Source: Octopus sinensis (taxonomy: Eukaryota). Taken from it: DNA of 64,000 bases. The DNA lies in the NCBI RefSeq assembly GCF_006345805.1, contig NC_043021.1, forward strand, positions 16,616,001 through 16,680,000, read 5' to 3'. Below the pieces are notes generated by a model. That model did not search any database and was not told the origin of the DNA. It saw only the letters and a program-made list of their open reading frames with translations. Shown here in pieces: positions 39,270-52,486 of the stretch. The translations under genes and the position numbers were made by a program. The first letter of the stretch is position 1, and every line of letters starts with the position of its first letter.

Positions 39270-39781
39270 ACTAGCAGTATCGCCCGGCGTTGCTCGGGTT
39301 TGTAAGGGAAATAACTATATAAGCATTTTTAGAGAGTTACTTCCCTTATAGATGCCAATTCGGGCTTTCTTAGCCATTTCTGTTTTGGTGTCTTCAAGCT
39401 ATGAAGTCGTTCTAAAAGAACGCTGGTCTCCTTGACAACGCTTTACGACGTTGATTTCCTTACACTCCCTTCCCTACAGCTTCACGAGGGAGGGAAGAAG
39501 GGGGAGAAGTAAACAGGTGCAGGTGTGACCATGGACGCCAACTCCGCCGCCATCGACACACGAAAAAATATGCATTAAAATGGAATGAAAAATGATGTTA
39601 AATTATTTTTAAAATCGTAGACTCATCGTAGACGCGCGCTAATAGCCAGACGGGCTCGATATGAATCACGACTATAAGATACCCGAATTTGGTTAAACTG
39701 CACCGCAAAATGTGGGAGTAGTTAGGAATCTAAATCGAAGGGGACAGACACTCACACAACTACAGTTTTATATATATAGAT
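39270..39781 (+). mobile_element. Non-autonomous Helitron/Helentron-like element
   Basis: 5' ACTAG..CCCGGCGTTGCTCGGG hairpin and 3' ACAGACA..TTTTATATATATAGAT. It is CpG-rich compared with its flanks. The end motifs are as I recall them for Lep1/DINE-1-like elements. Confidence 0.6.
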
Positions 39782-39782
39782 A

Positions 39783-39982
39783 TGATGGGGTGCTGAAAAG
39801 TTCCTGGCTTTGGGTAAAAGAAAATACAGATTTTATTCCACATATTCCCCCTCTCAGATTCACACTCTTGTTGCAGCTGTCCTTCAGTTTTTCTAAGCCC
39901 TGTAAAAGAACTAGGAAGGTTGGGCCACCAACCAGGCCTTTTCTGATACCCTTAAAACCAGGAACTTATCAGCACCCCCTCG
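39783..39982. mobile_element. Mariner-type MITE
   Basis: TGATGGGGTGCTGAAAAGTTCCTGG ... CCAGGAACTTATCAGCACCCCCTCG. Confidence 0.7.
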
Positions 39983-40012
39983 TTTGTGTATACACCCCCC
40001 CCCCAACATATG

Positions 40013-40185
40013 CATTGCATGACAACCGATGCTGGTGTGTTTACGTCCCCGTCACTTAGCGGTTCGGCAAAAGAGACCGATAGAATAAGTACTGGGCTTA
40101 CAAAGAATAAGTCCCGGGGTCGATTTGCTCGACTAAAGGCGGTGCTCCAGCATGGCCGCAGTCAAATGACTGAAACAAGTAAACG
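40013..40185 (+). mobile_element. SINE family A, 3' half
   Basis: Shares a diagnostic base and its 3' flank with the 38450 copy. Confidence 0.85.
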
Positions 40186-40564
40186 AGAGAGAGTCACATT
40201 GTCAAAATGGCCCAGTGGTTAGGGCAGCGGACTTGCGGTCGTAGGATCGTGGTTTCGATTCCCAGACCGGGTGTTCTGAGTGTTTATTGAGCAAAAACAC
40301 CTAAAGCTTCATGAGGCACTGGCAGGGGGTGGCGGCGATCCCTGCTGTACTCTTTCGCCACAACTTTCTTTCACTCTTTCTTCTGTTGGTCTGCTCGCTG
40401 TAAAAATTCAATTATATTTATTTATTAATTGATTACAATTATGTGTATATCACTGTATATCACTGGTGTGATGTGGAAAACTTGGAAGATTTGGCGACCC
40501 CATAGTAGAACCAGCTGTAAGAGTTTAGTATTTGTACCCTTATCTATTCTTTGTTGCAGTGTGT

Positions 40565-40765
40565 ATATATATATATGTACCTATATGTGTTAGCCACTTC
40601 ACACATTTTTTTTCTCTCCTTGTTTTTTCTGTGTCCCTTTCTGTAGAAGAGCGTAGGCTTGAAACGTAAAAGTTTTTCCTATTCCTGAGCGTTATATTAA
40701 TACATCTGTTTGTTTTGTACACCACCTGTCTTCGTCTTTTGTTTTTTTCGTAAACTCTCCCTATA
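40565..40765 (+). mobile_element. ~200-bp repeat with a variant hammerhead-like motif (core CTGTNGA); other copies at 29530-29720 and, partially, 25010-25075
   Basis: 40637-40672 reads CTTT CTGTAGA A GAG CGTAGG CTT GAAAC GTA AAAG. 29577-29614 has the same layout. The copies share the flank CCACCTGCCTTCGTCTTTTG. Confidence 0.5.
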
Positions 40766-40984
40766 TATATATATATATAATATATATATATATTATATAT
40801 ATATATATAATAAATATTAGGGAATAAATCCAAATTTACAGGGAAAAAATCAGATTTAGGATTAAATCCAATTTTATAGTAAAATATTATAAAATATTAT
40901 TAGAGACAAAACCACTATTTTGCAAAACAAACAAGGAAAGACTTAATCAATACATAAAATTTTAATAAATAGTCAAAAAAACCG

Positions 40985-41027
40985 CCACTACAATTGTTTC
41001 TTGTCTTGATCGACAATCTTCAGGTGG
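40985..41027 (-). ncRNA. Intact minimal type-I hammerhead ribozyme (Penelope-type)
   Basis: Minus strand: CCAC CTGAAGA TTGTC GATCAA GACAA GAAAC AATT GTA GTGG. Stems I and II are perfect, helix III is the palindrome ACAATTGT and the site is GUA. Confidence 0.75.
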
Positions 41028-41109
41028 ACTTCCAATAAGTCAGTTTCAAATTATATATATATATATATATCTGTGTGTGTGTACATACCTATATGTGTAC
41101 GTATATATA

Positions 41110-41480
41110 TATTCTTTTTTTATTTTACTTATTTCAGTCATTTGACTGCGGCTGTGCTGGAGCACTGCCTTTTTAGTTGAACAAATTCTTTGTAAGCCTA
41201 GTACTTATTCTATTGGCCTTTTTTGCTGAAACGGGAACGTAAACACACCAGCATTGGTTGTCAACCGATGGTGGGGGGGGGCAAACACACACACACGTAC
41301 ATATATAAATATATGTACAACAGGCTTCTTTCAGTTTCCATCTACCAAATCCAGTTACAAGGCTTTGGTCAGCCCTAGGCTATAGTAGAAGACACTTGCC
41401 CAAGATGCCATGCAGTGGGACTGAACCCAGTACCATGTGGCTGGGAAGCAAGCTATTTACTACGCAGCCATTCCAGCACC
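41110..41480 (-). mobile_element. SINE family A, diverged
   Basis: Reverse-complement match to family A. Confidence 0.8.
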
Positions 41481-41490
41481 TATTTGTATG

Positions 41491-41550
<60 letters not shown>

Positions 41551-42118
41551 ATATATGTGTGTATGTATGTATGTATGTATATATAAAAAATGTATTAAAA
41601 CAAAAATATTTATATATTTGAGTCTATTAGAATTTCAATGTGTAAGGGCTCAAAGGTCACTTCACATCTGTGTGGTTTCAGTTTTAGTCCCACTGTCTGG
41701 TACCTGCCTTGGGCATGTGTTTTCTACTATAGCCTTGAGTTGACCAATGCCTTGTGAGTGAATTCAGTAGGAAGAAACTGTACAAAAACTCTGTGTGTGT
41801 GAATATGTTAACACTTTGTGTTTCACATGAACAAGCTATGGATTGTGATTGTTACCATGTCAACAAGCATGCTGTAGTTCTACACTTTCAAAGATGAGTG
41901 GAATGTAAACTCTTACTCAAAATACAGATAAGGGTTAGCAATAACGCCTCTATAAAATATAATCATCCAACCCATGCCGTCATGGAAAAACAGACATAAA
42001 ACAAATTTTATTGTCTTCACTGTGCAACCGGCTATACATTTTGCATCACACCATTTGGGAACCCCTGGCGTTAAAGGCTCACAATATCGGTGTTGCTTCA
42101 AATAAAATCTTTGCTTTA

Positions 42119-42535
42119 ACCTTTCAGCATTCAGATTGCTCTGTCAAATCTAATGTTTATTTATTCACATTGTTTTGAATTAATCATGCATTATCTGATA
42201 GCTTTGAGATTTCAATGATGCGATGCTTTATTTTTAGAATGACATTATAGGGTAGGTGTAAGAAGCCAGATCTGGTTGATAAAACAAATAGACTGTTTTG
42301 GCCACATATGGTCAGTTTAAACCTTTAGTGTTCACATTATTCTGCCAAAACTAATGCTTTTTTATCCACATTGTTTTGAACTAATCAGGTATTATCTTGT
42401 AGCTATGAGATTTTGATGAGGTAGCTGTTAATTTTTAAGATGATATTGTAGGGTTGGTGTGAGAGAACAGATATGGCCAGTCTGAACATAAAACAGGCAG
42501 AATACTTTTGGCCGGTTTAAATGCTAAAGGGATAA
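42119..42535. mobile_element. Two adjacent diverged copies of the piggyBac MITE
   Basis: TTAACCTTTCAGCATTCAGATT ... ATGCTAAAGGGATAA. The internal text recurs from ~42320. Confidence 0.6.
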
Positions 42536-44019
42536 ATATTTAACATTTCTCAGACCACACCTACAAAACCTGACATTTGTGGTTTTTTCCCCCCTCTCCC
42601 CTATTGATTAAATAGTGTTCTTTTTTTACCTAAAATAGTCTCTTTTATTTTTTCACTTCTAATTATTGAGTATTTATTTTGTTTTGTTTAAACTGATTTG
42701 TTTGTATTCCTGAGTGTTTGATTATTTCAACTGTTTGGCCATTGGTAATTATTGCTAATCAAGACTCTGAATGGTCGTTAGCTACTAATGAAAAGGCATT
42801 ATTTTCGTTACATTGTCCTCTTTAGAAACTGGAATATTTCCTCTTATACTATTAAAAGCAAGTAAAATAGTGTGGAAATACCTGTGTGTGTGTGTGCGTG
42901 TGTGTGTGTGTGTGTGCATGCGCACACATGCATGTCTGCTTCATGTGAGAAGTGTTACCAGCAAATAGTGATGTTTGTTAACATACTATGTTAACAGATT
43001 TTGCAAATCATCTGTTGACACTGCACTTTTGAAGATGTGTAGAATAATAAAAAATGCAAATCCTCTACTTGAAAAACCGGTAAGGGTTAGTGACAGGAAG
43101 GGCATCTAGTTGTAAAACAAAATCTCAGTAATATGTACTCATCCAACCCATGCTAGTATGGAAAAAAAAACATGTAAAACAAACAAATGATACTATTTAT
43201 GGTGATCTTTACATTCTGAGTTCAAATTCTGCCACAGTTGATTTTGCTTTGCATCCTTTCGGGGTCGATAAATTAAGTACCAGTTGCATACTGGGGTTGA
43301 TCTAATCGACTGGTCCTCCCCTCCCCCCAAAATTTCGGGCCATGTGCCTAGAGTAGAAAAAATTATTTATGATGATCATCCTCATCATTTTGACATCCAT
43401 TTTTGCCATGCCTTTATGAGTTGGATAGAGTTTATAGAGGCAGAATTTTTTTTTACCACCAGATGCTCTTCCAGTTGCTAACACTTCATTTGTTTCTAAG
43501 CAAGGCAACGTTTCCTCTTGACCAGACATTTTTTTCACAGACTAATAAAAGCAAATGACACTCATTTACAACTGTCACACAATGTGATTAAAAGGAGACA
43601 CATGGACAGACACTCACACATCTGTACATACATAATACATATGTGTGTGTGTGTATAAATAGAACAGCTAAGAGAAGTGAGGTGAGAGACCAGATGTTTA
43701 TATTCCATTCGTTTACAACTGTTTCATAATCTTTTTAGTTATATAACAGATATTGCATCATCAGCATTAACGTTTATATATACACATGTAAAGTGTACAT
43801 ATGCTATGTATGTATTTACAAGTATTGAGTGATATCAAGACACGAAGACACAAACACAGGTGTAGGCATGGCTGTGTGGTAAGAAGGTTTGCTTCCCAAC
43901 TACACGGTTCTGGGTTCAGTCTCACTATGTGACACCTACTATAGTCTCAGACTGACCAAAGTCTTGTAAGTGGATTTGGGAGACAGAAACTAAAAGAAGC
44001 CTATTGTGTGTGTGTGTAT

Positions 44020-44346
44020 AATGGAGATTAGGAAGTTAGTAATTGTTTATTATTAACAACAAATTGGTCGTCTTTGCTTCTTACAACTGTTTCAATTCAT
44101 ACTCAATAATTTAATTACAAATTTGTACATTAAATTTATATTTATGGGACACGAGTATAATTTCATCAGAGAAGAAAAAGATGTACTTTTGGATGTTATA
44201 TGTGGGCCTATCAGTTCATTTCTGCTGTAAATTTAATGTACAAATTTGTAATTAAATTATTGATTATCAATTAAAACAGCTGTAAGAAGTGAAGATGACC
44301 AATATATTGTTAATAATTAACAATTATTAACTTCCTAATCACCATT
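44020..44346. mobile_element. Fold-back element with ~115-bp inverted arms (Penelope-like tail plus inverted partial tail)
   Basis: 44026-44138 and 44227-44340 are reverse complements. The left side carries the full hammerhead and the right arm only the AAAACAGCTGTAAG half. Confidence 0.7.
44077..44174 (-). ncRNA. Type-I hammerhead with intact core and long stem II
   Basis: Minus strand: CTTCT CTGATGA AATTATACTC...GAGTATGAATT GAAAC AGTT GTA AGAAG. Confidence 0.7.
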
Positions 44347-44487
44347 TTCTTTTCTTCATTTAACTTGATATAAACTATACGCTTAATATATACCTATTGT
44401 TTTAAGGAATTTTCATTCCCTAAAAATACTAGGCATTGAACCAGTATTTCCTTGGATGCAACCACCCCTTCTCGAGGTTAACATACC

Positions 44488-44591
44488 TTGTGGCATCTTG
44501 GGCAAGTGTCTTCTGCTATAGCCCCGGGCCGACCAATGCCTTGTGAGTGGATTTGGTAGACGGAAGCTGAAAGAAGCCTGTCGTATATATG

Positions 44592-44626
<35 letters not shown>

Positions 44627-44830
44627 TTGTGTGTCTGTGTTAGTCCCCCTAGCATTGCTTGACAACCGATGCTGGTGTGTTTATGTCCCCGTCACTTAGC
44701 GATTCGGCAAAAGAAACCGATAGAATAAGTACTGGGCTTACAAAAGAATAAGTCCCGGGGTCGATTTGCTTGACTAAAGGCGGTGCTCCAGCATGGCCGC
44801 AGTCAAATGACTGAAACAAGTAAAAGAGTA
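44488..44830 (+). mobile_element. SINE family A, 5'-truncated
   Basis: Match to family A. Confidence 0.85.
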
Positions 44831-45773
44831 TATATATATATGTATGTATGTGCATCTTTGTGTCTATTTGTTCTTCACCCACCACTTGACAACCGGTGTT
44901 TATTTGTTCAGATCCCTATAACTTAGCAGTTTGGTAACAGAGACTGATAGAATAAGTCCCAAACTTGAAAAAGAAAAATACTGGCATCGATTCGTTCAGC
45001 TAAAAATTCTTCAAGGCAGTGCCCCAGCATGGCCACAGTCTTATGACTGAAACAAAGGAAAAAAAGATGGGTTTCTACCAAATTTACTCAGCCTGGCCAT
45101 ATAGTAGAAGATACTTGCTTAAGGTACCATACAGTGGAGTGGTACTGAATGCAAAACCATGTGGTTAGGAAGCAAATTATTTAACTGCCCAGCCATGCCT
45201 GCCCCTAAAATGTATGTTTCTGACATATGACCATGTGTTAGAGAATTACTACGCCTTGCCTTGAGCCCTCAATTTCTTGAGCTCTGGCGGAGCCCATCCT
45301 CCTGCTTGTCTTATCTTACCTCAGCTGATTCCTTTCAGAAGAGAGGAAGACAGACAGACAGACAGAAAGAAAGAAAGAGTGACGGAAAGAGAAGAATTTA
45401 CCCCAGTACATGACTGGCCCTTTATTTATAGCCCTCCCACCCCCCAAAAAAAAATGAAATGCAAAATTAAATTTGGTAAGATTTGAATTTAGAGAGCTGA
45501 GAGATGGAAAGATTACTGTAAAACAATTTATCCGAAGCTCTGAGGATTCAGTCAATTGTCCACTTTGCACACATGCATGTGCACACACACACACACACAC
45601 ACACACTTTCTCTTTCTTTTTTTTTTCTCCTTTTTTTTTCTCTTTCTCTCTCTCAAATAGTGTTTCAGTTAAAGGCACCGATTAGAAGTGAACTTTGTTG
45701 AGTATTGGAATTTGTGCTATGACAAGAAGCAGTGAGATAGACACGTAAAGACATAGGTATGCACACACACACA

Positions 45774-45834
<61 letters not shown>

Positions 45835-45975
45835 TTTCAAATACTTCGAATATTGAATACTGGACTTTGTGTATGAATGTGATCCATTCTCTATCAAACA
45901 TCTGATGATCGATGACAATCCACTGATACAAAACACACACACACACACACAACTACACACTTTATACACACATAT

Positions 45976-46370
45976 AGGCACAGGAGTGGCTGTGTGGTAA
46001 GTAGCTTGCTAACCAACCACATGGTTCCGGGTTCAGTCCCACTGCGTGGCATCTTGGTCAAGTGTCTTCTGCTATAGCCCCGGGCCGACCAATGCCTTGT
46101 GAGTGGATTTGGTAGACGGAAACTGAAAGAAGCCTGTATATGTATGTGTGTGTGTGTGTATTTGTGTGTCTGTGTTTGTCCCCCTAGCATTGCTTGACAA
46201 CCGATGCTGGTGTGTTTATGTCCCCGTCACTTAGCAGTTCGGCAAAAGAGACCGATAGAATAAGTACTGGGCTTACAAAGAATAAGTCCCGGGGTCGATT
46301 TGCTCGACTAAAGGCGGTGCTCCAGCATGGCCGCAGTCAAATGACTGAAACAAGTAAAAAAGAAAAGAAA
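45976..46370 (+). mobile_element. SINE family A
   Basis: Full-length match to family A. Confidence 0.9.
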
Positions 46371-46896
46371 AAAAGAAAGAGTATTTTAAAGACTTTTGTG
46401 TCCTGCTTTTTTTTTATATCTATGGTAAAGGGTTCAGTACTTTACAAAATGTGAACTGGATCTCTTGAGAGCCATCATTAATCCATTAATGAGTAAAACA
46501 GATAGTGTGCCTGCACCCACCCACACACACATACACATAGTTACTATGGTTCTATAGAGCAATGCAGCAGTAGATATTTACAGTAAAACAACAGATGTTA
46601 TGATTATAGGAAACAGAGCAAGTATATTGGCAAATAATGAGTGAGATCCGACCTGAGAGGACATTAAATTGACAAATGAAAGTCAAGGTTCTTGTGAGCT
46701 GCAAATCAGAGTAAAGTCTAGATTTGTGGTTGTAATAAATCAGCAATTAGTAGTTCTTTTGTTTTTGTTTTTGTTTTTTGTTTTACTTGTGAATATTGAC
46801 TACTGTAGAAACAATATCTCTCACTTTCCCTCTCAATCTCTGATGTGTTTTGTTTTATTTTTATGTAGAAACAGTTTAATGTTAACCTGAAAGACT

Positions 46897-47225
46897 ACTC
46901 TCTCTTTTACTTGTTTCAGTCATTTGACTGTGGCCATGCTGGAGCACCGCCTTTAGTCGAGCAAATCGACCCCCACGACTTATTCTTTGTAAGCCTAGTA
47001 CTTATTTTATTGATCCCTTTTGCCGAACCGCTAAGTTACGGGTACGTAAATACACCAGCATTGGTTGTCAAGCGATGTTGGGGGGACAAACACAGACACA
47101 CAAACATATACACACACACACACACATATATGCGACGGGCTTCTTTCAGTTTCCGTCTACCAAATCCACTCACAAGGCTTTGGTCAGCCCGAGGCTATAG
47201 TGAAAGACACTTGCCCAAGGTGCCA
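46897..47225 (-). mobile_element. SINE family A, 5'-truncated
   Basis: Reverse-complement match to family A. Confidence 0.85.
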
Positions 47226-47422
47226 CTATTCAATACCTTTTTGTAAGTGTATTTATTATACTTCTACAAGAAGACGGTTGACAGTGACTTCGAAGTTTTG
47301 ACCCGTTAGCCTTCTAATGAAAGCAAGTAGACTGAAACTTCACAGTCATTGTCACTCCTCTTCTTCTAAAACTATAATACATGTATATTTAAAAGTATTA
47401 TACTTATATTTAAAAGTATTAT

Positions 47423-47586
47423 AGGCGCGGGAGTGGCTGTGTGGTAAGTAGCTTGCTTATGAACTACATGGTTCCGGGTTCAGTCCCACTGCATGGCATC
47501 TTGGGCAAATGTCTTCTACTATAGCCTCGGGCGGACCAAAGCCTTGTGAGTGGATTTGGTAGATGGAAACTGAAAGAAGCCTGTCG

Positions 47587-47629
<43 letters not shown>

Positions 47630-47835
47630 TTGTGTGTCTGTGTTTGTCCCCCTAGCATTGCTTGACAACCAATGCTGGTGTGTTTACGTCCCCGTCACTT
47701 AGCGGTTCGGCAAAAAGAGACCGATAGAATAAGTACTGGGCTTACAAAGAATAAGTCCCGGGGTCGATTTGCTCGACTAAAGGCGGTGCTCCAGCATGGC
47801 CGCAGTCAAATGACCGAAAAAAGTAAAAGTAAAAG
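47423..47835 (+). mobile_element. SINE family A
   Basis: Full-length match to family A. Confidence 0.9.
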
Positions 47836-48164
47836 TATACTGAAATAATTATTCTAAAACTAGCTTAAAATAACGAGGATATTTGCTAAATGGGCAACTG
47901 AGAATACTGAGAATCGAGTTGAATCTATTGTTTAGTCGACTAACAGCTTATTCAACCATTAAGCTGTTTGAGAAAACCTTGTGTGTGCATATTTTTTGCT
48001 GTCTTTAGTTACCAGAAATTACAAAATAACGCAAGTTGAAAATTTTGTGCATGATTTGGGAGTGGTTGGGGATTAATTTGTAGATAAGAGGTGGGTGTTG
48101 GTAGAGAGAGTGTTTATAATTAGCCAACTGTTCAGAAAATCAGAAACCATTATACTAATTTTTT

Positions 48165-48390
48165 ATTACCCACAAGGGGCTAAACACAGAGGGGACAAAC
48201 AAGGACAGACATAGGTATTAAGTCGATTACATCGACCCCAGTGTGTAACTGGTACTTAATTTATCGACCCCGAAAGGATGAAAGGCAAAGTCGACCTCGG
48301 CGGAATTTGAACTCACAACGTAACGGCAGACAAAATACGGCTACGCATTTCGCCCGGCGTGCTAACGATTCTGCCAGCTCGCCGCCTTCG
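48165..48390 (-). mobile_element. SINE family B, young copy
   Basis: Reverse-complement match with CpGs retained. Confidence 0.85.
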
Positions 48391-49429
48391 AAACCATTAT
48401 ACTGTCACTGGGAAGGACAAGAAATAACTCCAGATGTATGTTGGCTATAAATCATTGATTTGTAGTTCTTCCCTAGTTAGATGTTTCTTTTTAACCCAAA
48501 TAGGAGGAGGCCGTGTCTGGGTAAAAAGCATCCAGCTCGCACATACATGTGCGTGTGTGTGGGTGGGTCTTCATTTCATGATTGCCATTGTTTTAATGTA
48601 CACTTTTCACTGCTCGCATGGTTCGAACTAAATTTGCTGAGTTGGACTTTCTACAGCTGGATACGCTCACAGTTGCCAACCCTCACTTTGTTTCCAAGTA
48701 AGGTAATATTGCACCTTGGCCAAAAATGTTTACATCGAAGATTAGAAATAAAGGGCACCGCTTGCGTGACAGTGACACTTGCTTACAACTGTCATACGGA
48801 TGTCAAGGCAAGGGGACAGTAACTCACACACACACACAAGTGTGGTAGATGGAAACTGAAAGAAGCCCATTGTATGATGTGTGTGTGTGAGTGCATGTAT
48901 GTCTTGACAGTGCGTGTTAGTTGTAAATGAGTGTCACTGTCATATAAGCAGTGTCATACATTTCCAATATTCTGCTAGAACATGTCTGGCTGTGGGGAAC
49001 TATTACCTTGCTTGGAAACAAGTGAGGGTTGGTGACAGGAAAGGCATCTGGCTTTAAGAAATCTACTTCAATAACACTTTGTCTGACTCATGCAAGCATG
49101 GAAAAGTGGGTATTAAAACCATGACGATGATGATGACATATATATATATAATCATCATCATCGTTTAATGTCCGCTTTCTATGCTAGCATGGGTTGGATG
49201 ATTTGACTGAGGTCTGGTGAACCAGATGGCTGCACCAGACTCCAATCTGATCTGGCAGAGTTTCTATGGCTGGATGCCCTTCCTAACACCAACCACACCG
49301 AGGGATTAGTGGGTGCTTTTACGTGCCACTGGCACGAGGGCCGGTCAGGCGGTACTGGCAGCGGCCACGCTCAAATGGCGCTTTTTATGTGCCACCTGCA
49401 CAGGAGCCAGTCCAGCGGCATATACATAT

Positions 49430-50190
49430 ATCAGGCATGGCTGTGTGCTAAGAAGCTTGCTTCCCAACTACATGGTTCCGGGCTCAGTCCCACTGCGTGG
49501 TACCTTGGGCAAATGTCTTCTACTACAACCTCGGGCCAACCAAAGTCTTGTAAGGGGATTTGGTAGACGGTGGAGGCCCATCATATATATATATGTATAT
49601 GTATATATTTATGTGTGTATGTGTCTTTGTGTCTGTGTTTGCTCCCCCACCATCATTTGGCAACAGATGTTGGTATGTTTATGTTCCATTAACATAGTAA
49701 GTTGGCAAAAGAGACCAACAGAGTAAGTACTAGGCTTACAAAGAGTAAGTCCTGGGTTCGATTTGTTCATCGAAAAAAACCACAGTCAAGTGATTGAAAC
49801 AAGTAGGCTGTGTGGTAAGTAGCTTGCTTACCAACCACATGGTCCCAGGTTCAGTCCCACTGCGTGGCACCTTGGGTTAGTGTCTTCTACTATAGCCTCA
49901 GGCTGACCAGAGCCTTGTGAGTGGATTTGGTAGATGGAAAAACTTGTTGTATATATCTATATATATGTATGTGTGTATATGTTTGTGCGTCTGTGTTTGT
50001 CCCCCCCCCCCAACATCGTTTGACAACTGATTCTGGTGTGTTTACGTCCCTGTAACTTTGCTGTTCAGCAAAAGAGACTGATAGAATAAGAACTAGGCTT
50101 ACAAAGAATAAGCTCTGGGGTCGATTTGTTCAACTAAAGGCAGTGCTCCAGTATGACCGCAGTCAAATGACTGAAACAAGTAAAAGAGTA
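49430..50190 (+). mobile_element. Two head-to-tail SINE family A copies
   Basis: A diverged copy at 49430-49805 abuts a copy at 49805-50190. Confidence 0.8.
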
Positions 50191-50552
50191 TATATACATA
50201 TATATTTATTTAGACAGATTTCTTTCAATTTCTGTCTACCAAATCCACTCACAAGGTTTTGGTAGGCCTAGGGTTATAGTAGAAGACATTTGCTAAAGAA
50301 GTTCTGCTTTTATATATGTAAACAGTATTCTAATGGAGGGTGAATTTTCACTTTGTAATAGTTTTAGTTGCCGGTCTGGACAAATACATATTTCTGACCC
50401 TGAAAATGGGTCGGCATAACTTCTGTGGAGCAAGTCATCATCAAAGATAATTGGAATTAATAAGACTTAATTAATTCTTGATGGTAATTATGATTGAGTT
50501 TCAGCTGTATTGCATAATGCAGTCGTAGCTTTGATATCTTGAGATTTATAAT

Positions 50553-50955
50553 ACTCTTTTACTCTTTTACTTGTTTCAGTCATTTGACTGCGGCCATGCT
50601 GGAGCACCACCTTTAATCGAGCAACTCGACCCGGGACTTATTCTTTTGTAAGCCCAGTACTTATTCTATCGGTCTCTTTTGCCGAACCGCTAAGTGACGG
50701 GGACATAAACACACCAGCATCGGTTGTTAAGCAATACTAGGGGGACAAACACAGACACACAAACACACACATATATATATACATATATACGACGGGCTTC
50801 TTTCAGTTTCCGTCTACCAAATCCACTCACAAAGATTTGGTCGGCCCGAGGCTATAGTAGAAGACACTTACCCAAGGTGCCACGCAGTGGGACTGAACCC
50901 GGAACCATGTGGTTGGTAATCAAGCTACTTACCACACAGCCACTCCTGCGCCTAT
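50553..50955 (-). mobile_element. SINE family A
   Basis: Full-length reverse-complement match. Confidence 0.9.
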
Positions 50956-51499
50956 GTTTGTATTTTAGCACCGTTGGATGTGAATAGACTATTAATGCTT
51001 CGTTACCTGGTGTTTTCAAGGCCTTTTGTCTGTATGCTAAGTATACCTGGTTGCAGATTAAAAGTTGTGTTTATATGTATATGATGGTGGTGGTAGGGTA
51101 GGGTAAGAGGCTTATCAGTTTGCATGGAAGGTGGGTGGGTATTGATTATTTATCAGTCTCAATGCAGATCTGACGAAATGAATACCAAGGAGAAATCTAG
51201 AATCAATCACCTACTGCGATTTGTTTCTTTTATTGGTATGGAGCACGAGGCTTCAGGAGAAAGCAAGTGGATGATGGATGGGAGGGAGGGATGGAGGTGT
51301 GAATTACTGGGGACAGGAAAAAACAGCAGAAGAAATTTTATGAAAGAAAAGCTATATTTAATTGAAAGAAAAAAATCCAAAACAAGAGGGAAAAAAAACT
51401 TATATGTTACGTATGTGAGGTCATGAATTTTGTGTGTGTGTGGTTGGAAATACCTGGCCTGAAAGATAGATAAATTAATAAATTTATATCTTCATCATG

Positions 51500-51865
51500 G
51501 AGTGACTGTGTGGTAAGTAGCTTGCTTACCTACCACATGGTTCCGGGTTCAATCCCACTGCGTGGCACCTTGGGCAAGTGTCCTCTACTATAGCCTTGTG
51601 AGTGGATTTGGTAGACGGAAACTGAAAGAAGCCAATTGTATATATGTATATATATATGTGTGTGTATATATGTTTGTGTGTCTGTGTTTGTCCCCACCAA
51701 CATCACTTGACAACCGATGCTTGTGTGTTTATGCCCCCATAACTTAGCGGTTCGGCAAAAGAGACTGATAGAATAAGTACTAGAATAAGTTCTGGGGTCG
51801 ATTTGCTCGACTAAAGGCGGTGTTCCAGCATGGCCACAGTCAAATGACTGAAACAAGTAAAGGAG
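51500..51865 (+). mobile_element. SINE family A with small deletions
   Basis: Match to family A. Confidence 0.85.
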
Positions 51866-51894
51866 TATCATGTGAAGTATAATCTATATATATT

Positions 51895-52325
51895 TCTTTA
51901 TTTCCCACATGGGGCTAAACACAGAGGGGACAAACAAGGACAGACAAAGGGATTAAGTCGATTACATCAACCCCAGTCTGGTAACTGGTACTTATTTAAT
52001 CAGCTCCGAAAGGATGAAAGGCAAAGTCTACCTCAGCGGGATGTGAACTCAGAACATGACGGCAGACGAAATGCCGCTAAGCATTTCACCTGGCATGCAA
52101 ACGATTCTTATTTCTTTATTGCCCACATGGGGCTAAACACAGAGGGGACAAACAAGGACAGACAAAGGGATTAAGTCGATCACATCAACCCCAGTCTGGT
52201 AACTGGTACTTATTTAATTAGCTCCGAAAGGATGAAAGGCAAAGTCAACCTCGGCGGAATGTGACGGCAGACGAAATGCCGCTAAGCATTTCGCCCGGCG
52301 TGCTAACAATTCTGCCAGCTCACTG
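51895..52325 (-). mobile_element. Tandem duplication of a family-B SINE
   Basis: TATTTCCCACATGGGGCTAAACACAGAGGGG.. occurs twice, ~210 bp apart, with shared variants. Confidence 0.8.
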
Positions 52326-52486
52326 CCATGTAAAGCATATTCCACCAAAATTATTTATTGATACATTTCTGCCATTGTGTCTACAAAAGCAGGAAAGTCC
52401 TTTTCAAAGAAATCTCCCCCACAATTGCTGAAGAAACAAAAGCAGTGTTAATGCCGAAACTTAACATGGAAGTTGTGTTAGAATGC

